In this document: positions 43,636-51,998 of the stretch, in pieces
How positions within the stretch are numbered: position 1 is the stretch's first letter
How the letters are laid out: the number at the start of each line of letters is the position of its first letter
Assembly: GCA_024696005.1 (NCBI GenBank)
Contig: JAILHF010000035.1
Location: 28,440 to 92,439 of the forward strand
Direction of reading: 5' to 3'
Length of the DNA stretch: 64,000 bases
Source of the DNA: Lachnospiraceae bacterium
GTDB taxonomy: Bacteria > Bacillota > Clostridia > Lachnospirales > Lachnospiraceae
The notes under the pieces: generated by a model
What the model saw: only the letters and a program-made list of their open reading frames with translations
The model's database searches: none
Told to the model about the DNA's origin: nothing
Translations under genes and position numbers: made by a program

Positions 43636-46600
43636 TCAGCGCTGGAAATCCTTTTCCCGCAGGATGATCATGTCCTCGTAATCGTAGCGTTTTCCGCCGA
43701 GCACCTGGAAAAAGGCTCCGATCCTTGCCCGCTTGGAATGCTCGATGGCCGCGTCGATGAGATCCTCGATCTCGGCCTTGGTCACATTGTGCTCGCCGAT
43801 CTGAAGCTCGCTGATCCTCTGGTGCAGGGCCAGCACGCCCCGTTCCTCGTCGATCTTGTACTCCAGGGAATAGGCATACTTTTTGGCGTAATCCACCAGC
43901 GCGTTGTTGTTCATGGGTGCGATGTCGATGCGGGCGTTGAAATAGCCGTTCAGCATCTCGTATTCGCTCAGAAGGCGCTCCATGTCTTTCTTCTTGTCCA
44001 TCAGGATCACGAAGATCCCTTCCGTCATGCTCTCCAGCGTCCGGACCAGGCATTCCGAGGTGTCCCGGTTCATGTTGGAAGCCTGCTCCACCAGCAGGGC
44101 CCCGTTCTCCAGCTGCTTGAACATCGCGGGGATATCCCTGCGGTTCATCTTAGTGCCGCTGATCTTGGCGATCCGGCTCTCGGTAAAGTTCCCGTCGATC
44201 ATCTGGATCTCTTTAATCAGGGCCTTTCCGAGGCTGAGGGCGCTGTCTTCGTTCTCGCCCGTGATGATCACGTTCCCCACATAGGAAGCCAGGCTGATCT
44301 GGTCGAGAGCCGTCAGCAGCTGGTCCCGCATCTTTTTCGAATACAGGAAATCCGCAAACAGCTTCTGCTCGTCGTTGCTCAGCTCGTTTTCCTCATCGGG
44401 CTGGTATTCGTCATTGATCTCTTCAACGGTCTGGCGTCCCACACGGTCGGCGTCTGCCTCCAGCACACCGGCGATCTCCTCGATCCGGGCCGTGTCCAGT
44501 CCGTTCCCGGCGTTTTCGCCCTCGGGAGGATACTCTCCCTCCGCATAAGCTTCGCCCTCATATTCGCCTTCGGGATAACCTTCCCCGGCGTATTCACCCT
44601 CGTAATAGCCGTCTTCGGCATACTCGCCCTCGACGTACTCGCCCTCGACGTACTCGCCCTCGGCGTATTCGCCTTCCGCGTACTCGCCGTCTTCGTAATA
44701 GCCGTCTTCGGCATACTCCCCTTCGGCGTACTCGCCCTCGACGTACTCGCCTTCGGCATATTCCTCTTCGGCGTACCCGCCTTCCGTATTCTCCGCTTCG
44801 GCTAAAGCGCCTTCCTCATTCACACCGTCAGCCTGCCCGGCAGCATCGGCCCCGGCGGCTTCCGCAGCGGGCATGCCCTCCTGCCGGTCTTCCGAAAATG
44901 CCGGGTAACGCTCCACTTCGGGTCCGAAAGAACGCGTGGCCGCCAGGTCTCCCGTGCTCGCCAGGCCGCTCTGCATTCCCACGGCCGCATCCACAAAACC
45001 GGTCGGTGCCGCCGACGGGACCGCCTCCTGCTTTTCGGCTTCGAGCGCCGCGTCAACCTCGTCCCAGATCGAAGTCCCGGAAGACTCCGGCGCTTCTTCA
45101 TCCGTGCTCATGTTCTGTGCAGCCTCCGCCTCGTCCGAAGCTCTGGCCGCATCCACTTCATCCCAGATCGAAGGACGGTCTCCCATGATGTCCACCGCGC
45201 CGGCCGATCCATCTTCGTAGCCGCTTCCCTCGTCGTAGCCGTCCTGATAGTAAGCGTCATCTTCCACTTCTTCGATGCTGCGCAGCTCGATGTCGTCAGC
45301 CTGGTATTTGTCCGAAAAGATCTTGTGCTGACGCTCCACCTCTTCGATCATGCTGTTGCGCTTGCGTTTGTCGTAATCCTTGAAGATCGGGCCCGTACGC
45401 TCGGAAATGCTTCGCTGCAGCTCTTCCTCGTGCTGCTCCAGGCGGCGTTTTTTGGTCCGTTCCCATTCGGCGAGATATTCATTGATATGGATCTGCCCGG
45501 TGATCTGCTTCTCAACCGGCATGCGGTCGGGCACAGCCAGGCCAAGCTGGCCGTCTTCTCCGAGATAAAACAGATTGTCCATGCTCTTCGAAGGCCTGGG
45601 CGTGCGGCTTTCCGCGCCCTCGGGCGCACGTCTTTCGCGCTCCTTCTTTTCCTTTTCCTCTTCCTCGCGCACTTCCTTCGCGCGGCGGCTGGGGCCTTCG
45701 TAATCGGGATTGGTATTGGAAGGCAGGCTGTCGATCACGATATCATCCGTGCGGTCCTCAAAGAACACCTCATCCTCGGCCACGCTCACGCTCCCTTTCA
45801 GGGGCTGCGGGCTGGTAATGGTCGGCGGAAGCTGTTCCGGGCCGAAAAAGATCGTCTGGTCATCCACACCTTCCGGCTCGGATGCCAGTTCGCCGGGAAC
45901 GCTCTCGATCGGATCCATGCCGGGCAGGAGCTCCTCCATGCCGTCCGTTTCCGCTTCCTTTTCCTCTTCTGCTTTCCCCTCAGGCTCCTCTTCGGGATAA
46001 TCCTCTTCCGGATATTCCTCTTCGTTATAGTCTTCTTCGGGATATTCGCCTTCGGCGTATTCTCCCTCCGGATATTCGTCTTCGGGATACTCTCCTTCCG
46101 GATAATCCCCGTCCTCATATCCTTCTTCGGGGTATTCTCCTTCCGGATAGCCTTCTTCTCCGTAGTCCTCTTCGGGATAATCCCCCTCGGGAACTTCTTC
46201 GAGCGGCTCGGCTCCGAGCTGCTCTTCCATCTCGCCGGTCGACATGAAGTCGTCTTCCATCATGGGCTTCATGATGCGCCCCGTGATGCGGGCATTCTTC
46301 TCACCGCGATCATCCCCGCCCATCAGCTCGCGCATGCTCTCCGCAAGAGCCTTCTGCAGGTTGATCGTATTGAACTTGCCCATGTCGATGGTCTTGACAC
46401 GGAAATCCGGTTCCTCATCGCCGGAAAGCAGTCCCGGTTCCGCGGATTCCGTCGTATACTCATCACTCTCGTAAGCCTCGATCTGGTCGGCGATGTCTTC
46501 TCTCCGGTCATAGATCGCCTGCTGTTCCGGTTTGAGCTTGGCATGGAGCATCTTGAGCTCCATGGCCTTGATCACAAAAGGCCCCTCACCGAACCAGGTG

Positions 46601-47106
46601 ATCAGTTCGTCGCAGGTTTCCACGCATTTGGTACCCAGGCCGATGCGGTGATAGAGATATGCCAGCTGGTATGCCCATTCCTCACGGAAATCCTTGCGGT
46701 TGTACTCCTCAAGGAGACCGATCTGATCATCGATCGAAGCCCCGGTCAGCTCACCCAGCTTGTAGCGCAGGATATAGAGCTTGAGGTCGTTGGGCGCCAT
46801 CTTCTTATATAACTCCATGAACTCCCAGGCTTTTCTGGGATTTTCGACCAGAATATAGAGTTCACAGAGGCTGTATACGATCGTTCTGTTCTTCGGGCTG
46901 TGATCATATGCCATGAGCATCAGCTCCAGCGCATCGTCATAGCGGCGGTTCAGCTGGTACAGCTCGCTGATCTTCATCAGCATGCTGAAGCTCCGCACCT
47001 TCCGCCAGTCGATCCGGTCCGCGATATCCGCCGCGTCCTGGAACTGTTCATTCGCGATCAGCATCATGATCTCATCCGATAGCAGCTTATATTCCTTCTT
47101 ATCCAC
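43636..47106 (-). CDS. 1156-aa protein: N-terminal TPR, two acidic Tyr-rich pentapeptide-repeat blocks, C-terminal SpoVK/CbbX-like AAA+ domain with degenerate ATPase motifs
   Basis: GTG start at 47106 with SD AGGAGGGG. The N-terminal ~190 aa is TPR-like. The repeats are EGEYPE/EGEYAE/EGEYVE. The C-terminus aligns with SpoVK, but Walker A is ITGENEDSALSLGK and Walker B is LLVEQAS. Confidence 0.7.
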   Translation of the reverse strand: MDKKEYKLLSDEIMMLIANEQFQDAADIADRIDWRKVRSFSMLMKISELYQLNRRYDDALELMLMAYDHSPKNRTIVYSLCELYILVENPRKAWEFMELYKKMAPNDLKLYILRYKLGELTGASIDDQIGLLEEYNRKDFREEWAYQLAYLYHRIGLGTKCVETCDELITWFGEGPFVIKAMELKMLHAKLKPEQQAIYDRREDIADQIEAYESDEYTTESAEPGLLSGDEEPDFRVKTIDMGKFNTINLQKALAESMRELMGGDDRGEKNARITGRIMKPMMEDDFMSTGEMEEQLGAEPLEEVPEGDYPEEDYGEEGYPEGEYPEEGYEDGDYPEGEYPEDEYPEGEYAEGEYPEEDYNEEEYPEEDYPEEEPEGKAEEEKEAETDGMEELLPGMDPIESVPGELASEPEGVDDQTIFFGPEQLPPTITSPQPLKGSVSVAEDEVFFEDRTDDIVIDSLPSNTNPDYEGPSRRAKEVREEEEKEKKERERRAPEGAESRTPRPSKSMDNLFYLGEDGQLGLAVPDRMPVEKQITGQIHINEYLAEWERTKKRRLEQHEEELQRSISERTGPIFKDYDKRKRNSMIEEVERQHKIFSDKYQADDIELRSIEEVEDDAYYQDGYDEGSGYEDGSAGAVDIMGDRPSIWDEVDAARASDEAEAAQNMSTDEEAPESSGTSIWDEVDAALEAEKQEAVPSAAPTGFVDAAVGMQSGLASTGDLAATRSFGPEVERYPAFSEDRQEGMPAAEAAGADAAGQADGVNEEGALAEAENTEGGYAEEEYAEGEYVEGEYAEGEYAEDGYYEDGEYAEGEYAEGEYVEGEYVEGEYAEDGYYEGEYAGEGYPEGEYEGEAYAEGEYPPEGENAGNGLDTARIEEIAGVLEADADRVGRQTVEEINDEYQPDEENELSNDEQKLFADFLYSKKMRDQLLTALDQISLASYVGNVIITGENEDSALSLGKALIKEIQMIDGNFTESRIAKISGTKMNRRDIPAMFKQLENGALLVEQASNMNRDTSECLVRTLESMTEGIFVILMDKKKDMERLLSEYEMLNGYFNARIDIAPMNNNALVDYAKKYAYSLEYKIDEERGVLALHQRISELQIGEHNVTKAEIEDLIDAAIEHSKRARIGAFFQVLGGKRYDYEDMIILREKDFQR
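44521..44785 (-). repeat. 15-nt periodic coding repeat (E-G-E-Y-A/V)n, block 2
   Basis: Near-identical units gtactcgccctcgac / gtactcgccttcggc. They translate to EGGYAEEEYAEGEYVEGEYAEGEYAEDGYYEDGEYAEGEYAEGEYVEGEYVEGEYAEDGYYEGEYAGEGYPEGEYEGEAYAEGEYPPE. Confidence 0.85.
45985..46195 (-). repeat. degenerate coding repeat (E/D-G/E-E/D-Y-P)n, block 1
   Basis: Translates to EGDYPEEDYGEEGYPEGEYPEEGYEDGDYPEGEYPEDEYPEGEYAEGEYPEEDYNEEEYPEEDYPEEE. Confidence 0.8.
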
Positions 47107-47221
47107 TTTCCCCTCCTATGCGCCGGAAAGCAAAACCGCCTCCTTAGTGCGCATAATATATGTAAACCACCATATCTTGTAGATTTTAACACACCGGAGG
47201 GATGATGTAAAGAAAAAGGGC

Positions 47222-47252
47222 AAAAAAACAGACCCGCCTTACGGCAGGTCTG
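47222..47252 (-). terminator. intrinsic terminator after spoVG
   Basis: CAGACCUGCCG-uaa-GGCGGGUCUG followed by UUUUUUU on the minus strand. Confidence 0.9.
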
Positions 47253-47279
47253 TAAATCTCCATCCCCTCATACCCCTTT

Positions 47280-47537
47280 TTACTCCGGCATCTCTTCGTA
47301 TGCCTTCAGGATCCTCTGCTGCAGTTCGTCGCGTGTTGCCGAATTGATCGGATGGGCTATGTCTTTGTAAGTCCCATCCTGAGCCTTCCTGCTCGGCATT
47401 GCAATGAACAGACCGTGATCGCCTTCGATTACCTTGATGTCGTGTATCACAAAGCAGTCTTCAATCGTGACGGAAACAACAGCCTTCAGCTTGCCCTCTT
47501 TGTCCACCCTACGGACACGCACGTCTGTGATGGTCAT
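47280..47537 (-). CDS. spoVG: SpoVG family protein
   Basis: 85 aa, [51 protein letters not shown]. Confidence 0.95.
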   Translation of the reverse strand: MTITDVRVRRVDKEGKLKAVVSVTIEDCFVIHDIKVIEGDHGLFIAMPSRKAQDGTYKDIAHPINSATRDELQQRILKAYEEMPE

Positions 47538-47677
47538 GCTGTCAACTCCTTTCCTTCAGGTTCACGCATGTTGCGCAACCCTAATTGAATTACAACTGCT
47601 ACCGTACCGCCGGGTTGTCATTCAGGAGAGTCATTGATACAATGTATTCAGTTGCTTTATAAGATAAGTGACCGGCT

Positions 47678-48802
47678 CTAGATCACGTACCTTTCGTTCT
47701 TTTCCACAACGATCTTGATCCCGTCTTCGCCCCTATGCGAAGAGTTCGCCCTTATCGTTCCGCGTGCCTCTACGATGCAGTTCTCGATGTACGTGTTGTC
47801 ACCGATGTACACATCATTAAGGATGATGGAATTCTTGATCGTGCAGTTGTTCCCCACAAATACCTTCTTGAAAATGACGGAGTCCTCGACCGTTCCGTTT
47901 ATGATGCTTCCGCTGGCGACCAAGCTGTTTTTCACACTAACCCCCACATTATACTTGGCCGGAGGAAGATCATCGATCTTGGAATAGATATCCGGATAGG
48001 TTTTAAAGAAGAACCTGCGGATATCCGGATTCAGGAAATCCATGTTCGTTGCAAAGTAATCCTGCACCGTGGAAATGTTTTTCCAGTAATCCGTCATCTT
48101 ATACGCATAGATCCGCTTGATGTCCTTATAGCGGATCAGGATATCGTTTACAAAGTCGTAACGATTTTCCTGCGCTGCTTTTTCGATCATTTCTACCAGC
48201 TGACGCCGGCGGATGATGTAGATCCCGCAGGAGATCGTATTGGAGCTGGCCTTCACGGGTTTCTCTTCAAACTCGGTGATGCGTCCGTCCATATCGGTCT
48301 TGACACAGCCGAATCTCTCGACGTTTACATTATTGCCAACTTCCTTACATACTACCGTAATATCCGCCTTCTTGTCAATATGATATTCTAAGACTTTATT
48401 GTAGTCCATCTTATAGACACAATCGCCGCTGGCAATGACAACATAGGGCTCATGGCTGTCCTTGATGAAGTCCAGATTCTGCGCGATCGAATCGGCCGTT
48501 CCGCGGTACCAGTCGGAGTTCTCGATGGTGCGGGTCGGCGTGAAAACATACATGCCGCCCTGCTTGCGCCCGAAATCCCACCACTTGGAGGAGCTCAGAT
48601 GCTCGTTCAGGCTGCGGGCGTTGTCCTGGGTCAGCACCGCCACCTTCTGGATATGCGAATTGGTCATGTTGCTCAGCGCGAAGTCGATGCTGCGGTAGCT
48701 CCCTGCCACGGGCATGGCCGCAACGGCTCTGCGGCTGGCCAGCTCGCCCATCCTGCTGTTCTTCATGCCGCCGCCGGCCAGAATGATTCCCATTGCTCTC
48801 AT
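47678..48802 (-). CDS. glgD: glucose-1-phosphate adenylyltransferase regulatory subunit GlgD
   Basis: 374 aa, MRAMGIILAGGGMKNSRMGELASRRAVAAMPVAGSYRSIDFALSNM. It lies directly downstream of glgC, and its left-handed beta-helix C-terminus is present. Confidence 0.9.
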   Translation of the reverse strand: MRAMGIILAGGGMKNSRMGELASRRAVAAMPVAGSYRSIDFALSNMTNSHIQKVAVLTQDNARSLNEHLSSSKWWDFGRKQGGMYVFTPTRTIENSDWYRGTADSIAQNLDFIKDSHEPYVVIASGDCVYKMDYNKVLEYHIDKKADITVVCKEVGNNVNVERFGCVKTDMDGRITEFEEKPVKASSNTISCGIYIIRRRQLVEMIEKAAQENRYDFVNDILIRYKDIKRIYAYKMTDYWKNISTVQDYFATNMDFLNPDIRRFFFKTYPDIYSKIDDLPPAKYNVGVSVKNSLVASGSIINGTVEDSVIFKKVFVGNNCTIKNSIILNDVYIGDNTYIENCIVEARGTIRANSSHRGEDGIKIVVEKNERYVI

Positions 48803-48803
48803 A

Positions 48804-50072
48804 TCAGTTGCCCTCCTTTATCAGAGATTTGCCGCTTCCCAGCGTCTTATCCGGATAATCGGATACCTCTGTTTTTCCGAAGACGACCGTATTCTTTCCG
48901 ATGGTGACACCCGTGGGCACTTCCGTATGCTCGCCGATGCAGACCAGGCCGTGATTGTAGATCCTTGGATCCGTCTCGTTCTCGACTTCATCGCCGATGC
49001 CTGTCCTTACCCCATCCTTGATCACGGTATTCTCGGCGATGATCGTCTTGTTGATCTCGCAGTTCTCCCCGATCACCGTGTCGTTCATGATGATGGAATC
49101 GCGGATCACGGTACCCTTGCCGATCTCCACGTTGCAGCCGATGATGGAGGAATAAACCTCGCCGAAGATGGAAGCGCCTTCCCCGATGAGACTGCGCTCC
49201 ACCATTCCCTCGGAAGAGATATACTGCGGTGTGAGCGTGTCGGACTTGGTGTAGATCTTCCAGTATTCCTCATAAAGATTGAATTCGGGAACGATATCGA
49301 TCAGCTCCATATTGGCTTCCCAATAGGAATGAAGCGTTCCCACATCCTTCCAGTAGCCGTTGTACTCGTAGGCGTAGATCGGCGACTGGTTCTGATGGCA
49401 GTACGGGATCACGTGCTTTCCGAAATCCAGGGCGGGCTGGTCGGCCTTGGCGATCAGCGCCTCCTTCAGCGTCTTCCAGTTGAAGATGTAGATGCCCATG
49501 GACGCCAGATTGCTGCGGGGATTCTCGGGCTTTTCCTCGAAATCCACGATGCGGCGCGTCTCGTCGGTGATCACGATACCGAAGCGCTTTGCTTCCTCGA
49601 TGGGAACCGGCATCACCGCAAGGGTGACTTCCGCGCCGTTCGCCTTGTGGAAGTCCAGCATGACTTCGTAGTCCATCTTGTAGATGTGATCGCCTGAAAG
49701 GATCAGCACATAATCCGGATTGAAGCTTTCCATGTAATCCAGATTCTGATAGATCGCGTTTGCGGTACCGGTATACCACTCGCTGTTCGTGCTCTTCTCA
49801 TACGGAGGGAGCACCGTCACGCCGCCCACATTCCGGTCCAGATCCCAGGGGATGCCGATCCCGATATGCGTATTCAGGCGAAGCGGCTGATACTGGGTCA
49901 GCACGCCCACCGTATCAACACCGGAATCAATGCAGTTGCTCAGGGGAAAGTCGATGATCCTGTACTTTCCTCCGAAAGAAACCGCGGGCTTAGCGACTTT
50001 CCTGGTCAGTACCCCCAGCCTGCTTCCCTGGCCGCCGGCCAGCAGCATGGCTATCATTTCTTTTTTTACCAT
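48804..50072 (-). CDS. glgC: glucose-1-phosphate adenylyltransferase
   Basis: 422 aa, [39 protein letters not shown]. Confidence 0.95.
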   Translation of the reverse strand: MVKKEMIAMLLAGGQGSRLGVLTRKVAKPAVSFGGKYRIIDFPLSNCIDSGVDTVGVLTQYQPLRLNTHIGIGIPWDLDRNVGGVTVLPPYEKSTNSEWYTGTANAIYQNLDYMESFNPDYVLILSGDHIYKMDYEVMLDFHKANGAEVTLAVMPVPIEEAKRFGIVITDETRRIVDFEEKPENPRSNLASMGIYIFNWKTLKEALIAKADQPALDFGKHVIPYCHQNQSPIYAYEYNGYWKDVGTLHSYWEANMELIDIVPEFNLYEEYWKIYTKSDTLTPQYISSEGMVERSLIGEGASIFGEVYSSIIGCNVEIGKGTVIRDSIIMNDTVIGENCEINKTIIAENTVIKDGVRTGIGDEVENETDPRIYNHGLVCIGEHTEVPTGVTIGKNTVVFGKTEVSDYPDKTLGSGKSLIKEGN

Positions 50073-50194
50073 GAAATCACCTCGTTGCTTTCAGATTTTT
50101 GTAAACCCCCAGGCATTTTACGTCTTCCGCCATGCCTTATCCCCCGACCGCCGGTGCCCGGCCAAAAATACCCGCTCCGTCAAGTCTATTGTGT

Positions 50195-50223
50195 ATTATA
50201 GCAGATAAAACCCAAAAAGTGAA
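50195..50223 (-). promoter_or_regulatory. possible sigma-A promoter for glgCD
   Basis: Minus strand: TTCACT, a 17-nt spacer, then TATAAT (50200-50195). This implies a ~120-nt 5' UTR. Confidence 0.4.
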
Positions 50224-50382
50224 CGATTATTTTTTTACTTTTTCACAAAAAGCATATCGGGCGCTTTGTGTAAATGCACAATTCCAGCGACCGGGCCGCA
50301 CCGACTTTTGTTGATAATTGTGCCACTTCCCTTTTTTCGGTGCCTTTGCTATAATTGCCTTGCGAAAACGGAGGTGAACACC

Positions 50383-51774
50383 ATGTATCAGATCGATTTT
50401 CAAAAGCCCATACGGGTACACTTCATAGGCATCGGCGGCATCAGCATGAGCGGACTGGCCCGGATCCTTCAGACCGAAGGTTTTTCCGTCTCCGGCTCGG
50501 ACCGGCAGGACTCCGAACTCCTGACTCCGCTCCGTGAACTCGGGATCGAGGTACAGATCGGACAACGCGCCGAAAACATCACCGACGACATCGGGCTTGT
50601 CGTTTATACGGCAGCCATCTCGCACGACAATCCCGAATTTGCCGAGGCCGAAAAACGCGGGCTTCCGATGATGAGCCGCGCAACCCTCCTCGGACAGATC
50701 ATGAAAAACTACCGCGTCCCCATAGCCGTTTCGGGAACACACGGCAAGACCACGACCACCTCCATGATCTCGGAGATCCTGATGGCGGCAGGCTGCGATC
50801 CCACGCTCAACATCGGCGGTGTCCTGAAAAGCATCGACAGCAACACCCGCATCGGCGGCCGGGACTATTTCGTTGCGGAAGCCTGCGAATATACCAACAG
50901 TTTTCTCGAATTTTTCCCCCGTATCGGGATAATATTAAATATAGAAGAAGATCATCTGGATTTCTTTAAGGATCTGGACGATATCCGGCATTCTTTCCGG
51001 CGTTTCGCCGGGCTGCTTCCGGAAGACGGCTGCCTGATCCTTGGCGGCTCCGTCCCCGACCGGGACGCGTTCTGTTCGGGCCTGCGATGCCGTGTCGTCA
51101 CCTTCGGCGAAGAGGAGGGCTGCGATTACCGCCCCGAAGAGATCCGCTTCGACGAAAACGGCCTGGGAAGCTATACCCTGGTGCACAGGACAAAGGACGG
51201 GAGCACGGAACGCTTTGCCGTTTCCCTGAGCCTGCCCGGCCGCCACAACATCACCAACAGCCTGGCAGCACTTGCAGCCAGCGATGAGCTGGGCCTTTCC
51301 CGGGAGACCGCCCTTGCGGCACTTGCGCGCTTTGACGGCCCCAGACGGCGCTTTGAAAAGAAGGGCGAGCTGGGCGGCATCACCATCATGGACGACTACG
51401 CCCATCATCCCACCGAGATCCGCGCCACGCTCAAAGCCGCATCCAACGTGCCCCACAAGACGCTGCGCTGCGTCTTCCAGCCTCATACCTACACCAGGAC
51501 CAAGGCCTTTCTGGATGAGTTTGCAGACGCCCTATGCCTGGCCGATGAGGTGATCCTCACCGACATCTATGCTGCAAGAGAAAAGAACACCGTGGGGATC
51601 TCCTCTGTCGATCTGCAGAAAAAACTGCGGGAAAAGGGGAAGGACGCCCTGTATTTCAGCTACTTTGACGATATCGAGACCTATCTGCTGGGCCATGCGG
51701 AAGCCGGCGACCTGATCCTGACCATGGGAGCCGGGGATGTGTGCCGGATCGGCGACCGGCTTTTGGGGAAATAA
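50383..51774 (+). CDS. murC: UDP-N-acetylmuramate--L-alanine ligase
   Basis: MYQIDFQKPIRVHFIGIGGISMSGLARIL...VSGTHGKTTTTSM. SD GGAGGTG precedes ATG 50383, and TGcTATAAT sits at 50347-50355. Confidence 0.95.
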   Translation: MYQIDFQKPIRVHFIGIGGISMSGLARILQTEGFSVSGSDRQDSELLTPLRELGIEVQIGQRAENITDDIGLVVYTAAISHDNPEFAEAEKRGLPMMSRATLLGQIMKNYRVPIAVSGTHGKTTTTSMISEILMAAGCDPTLNIGGVLKSIDSNTRIGGRDYFVAEACEYTNSFLEFFPRIGIILNIEEDHLDFFKDLDDIRHSFRRFAGLLPEDGCLILGGSVPDRDAFCSGLRCRVVTFGEEEGCDYRPEEIRFDENGLGSYTLVHRTKDGSTERFAVSLSLPGRHNITNSLAALAASDELGLSRETALAALARFDGPRRRFEKKGELGGITIMDDYAHHPTEIRATLKAASNVPHKTLRCVFQPHTYTRTKAFLDEFADALCLADEVILTDIYAAREKNTVGISSVDLQKKLREKGKDALYFSYFDDIETYLLGHAEAGDLILTMGAGDVCRIGDRLLGK

Positions 51775-51811
51775 GACCTGCCTGTGCCCCGATTTTTTTT
51801 CGACAACTTTT

Positions 51812-51918
51812 TGTGAATATCTTTCCCTCTAAACGGGCGGGTAATTTTCCCGTCCGTTTATGTTATCCACATCATCCACAAACCCGCAAAGCCTTAATGG
51901 CTATGGACTTGTGGATAC
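51812..51918. promoter_or_regulatory. DnaA-box cluster
   Basis: TTATCCACA (51863-51871) is a perfect box. TCATCCACA (51872-51880) directly abuts it. TGTGGATAC (51910-51918) is the reverse complement of GTATCCACA. TGTGAATAT (51812-51820) is the reverse complement of ATATTCACA. Confidence 0.7.
51831..51862 (+). terminator. hairpin terminator after murC
   Basis: AAACGGGCGGG-7 nt-CCCGUCCGUUU then AUGUU. The one non-WC pair is a G-U wobble on the plus strand only. Confidence 0.5.
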
Positions 51919-51924
51919 GATTCC

Positions 51925-51952
51925 TTGCTTTTCACCGTCCACGTGCTATACT
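51925..51952 (+). promoter_or_regulatory. sigma-A promoter of the dnaD/dnaB-like and dnaI-like operon
   Basis: TTGCTT (51925-51930), a 16-nt spacer, then TGcTATACT (hexamer 51947-51952). Confidence 0.6.
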
Positions 51953-51998
51953 TCATCTTGCGATTCCAAGAAAAAAAAGAATAACGGACGGTCAGAAA

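Noticed and set aside
44379-46247. Short ORFs inside the acidic-repeat regions, such as 44379-44759(-), 45798-46118(-) and 45882-46247(+)
   Set aside because: These are alternative frames of the repeat DNA of the 1156-aa gene. Their repetitive Lys/Arg/Thr or Pro/Leu/Arg translations are by-products of the 15-nt periodicity.
47538-47677. Possible regulatory RNA in the 140-nt spoVG leader (10-bp palindrome GTTGCGCAAC and CAACCC...GGGTTG pairing)
   Set aside because: Only short, isolated complementarities are present, and I recognise no riboswitch motif. The evidence is insufficient to call a feature.
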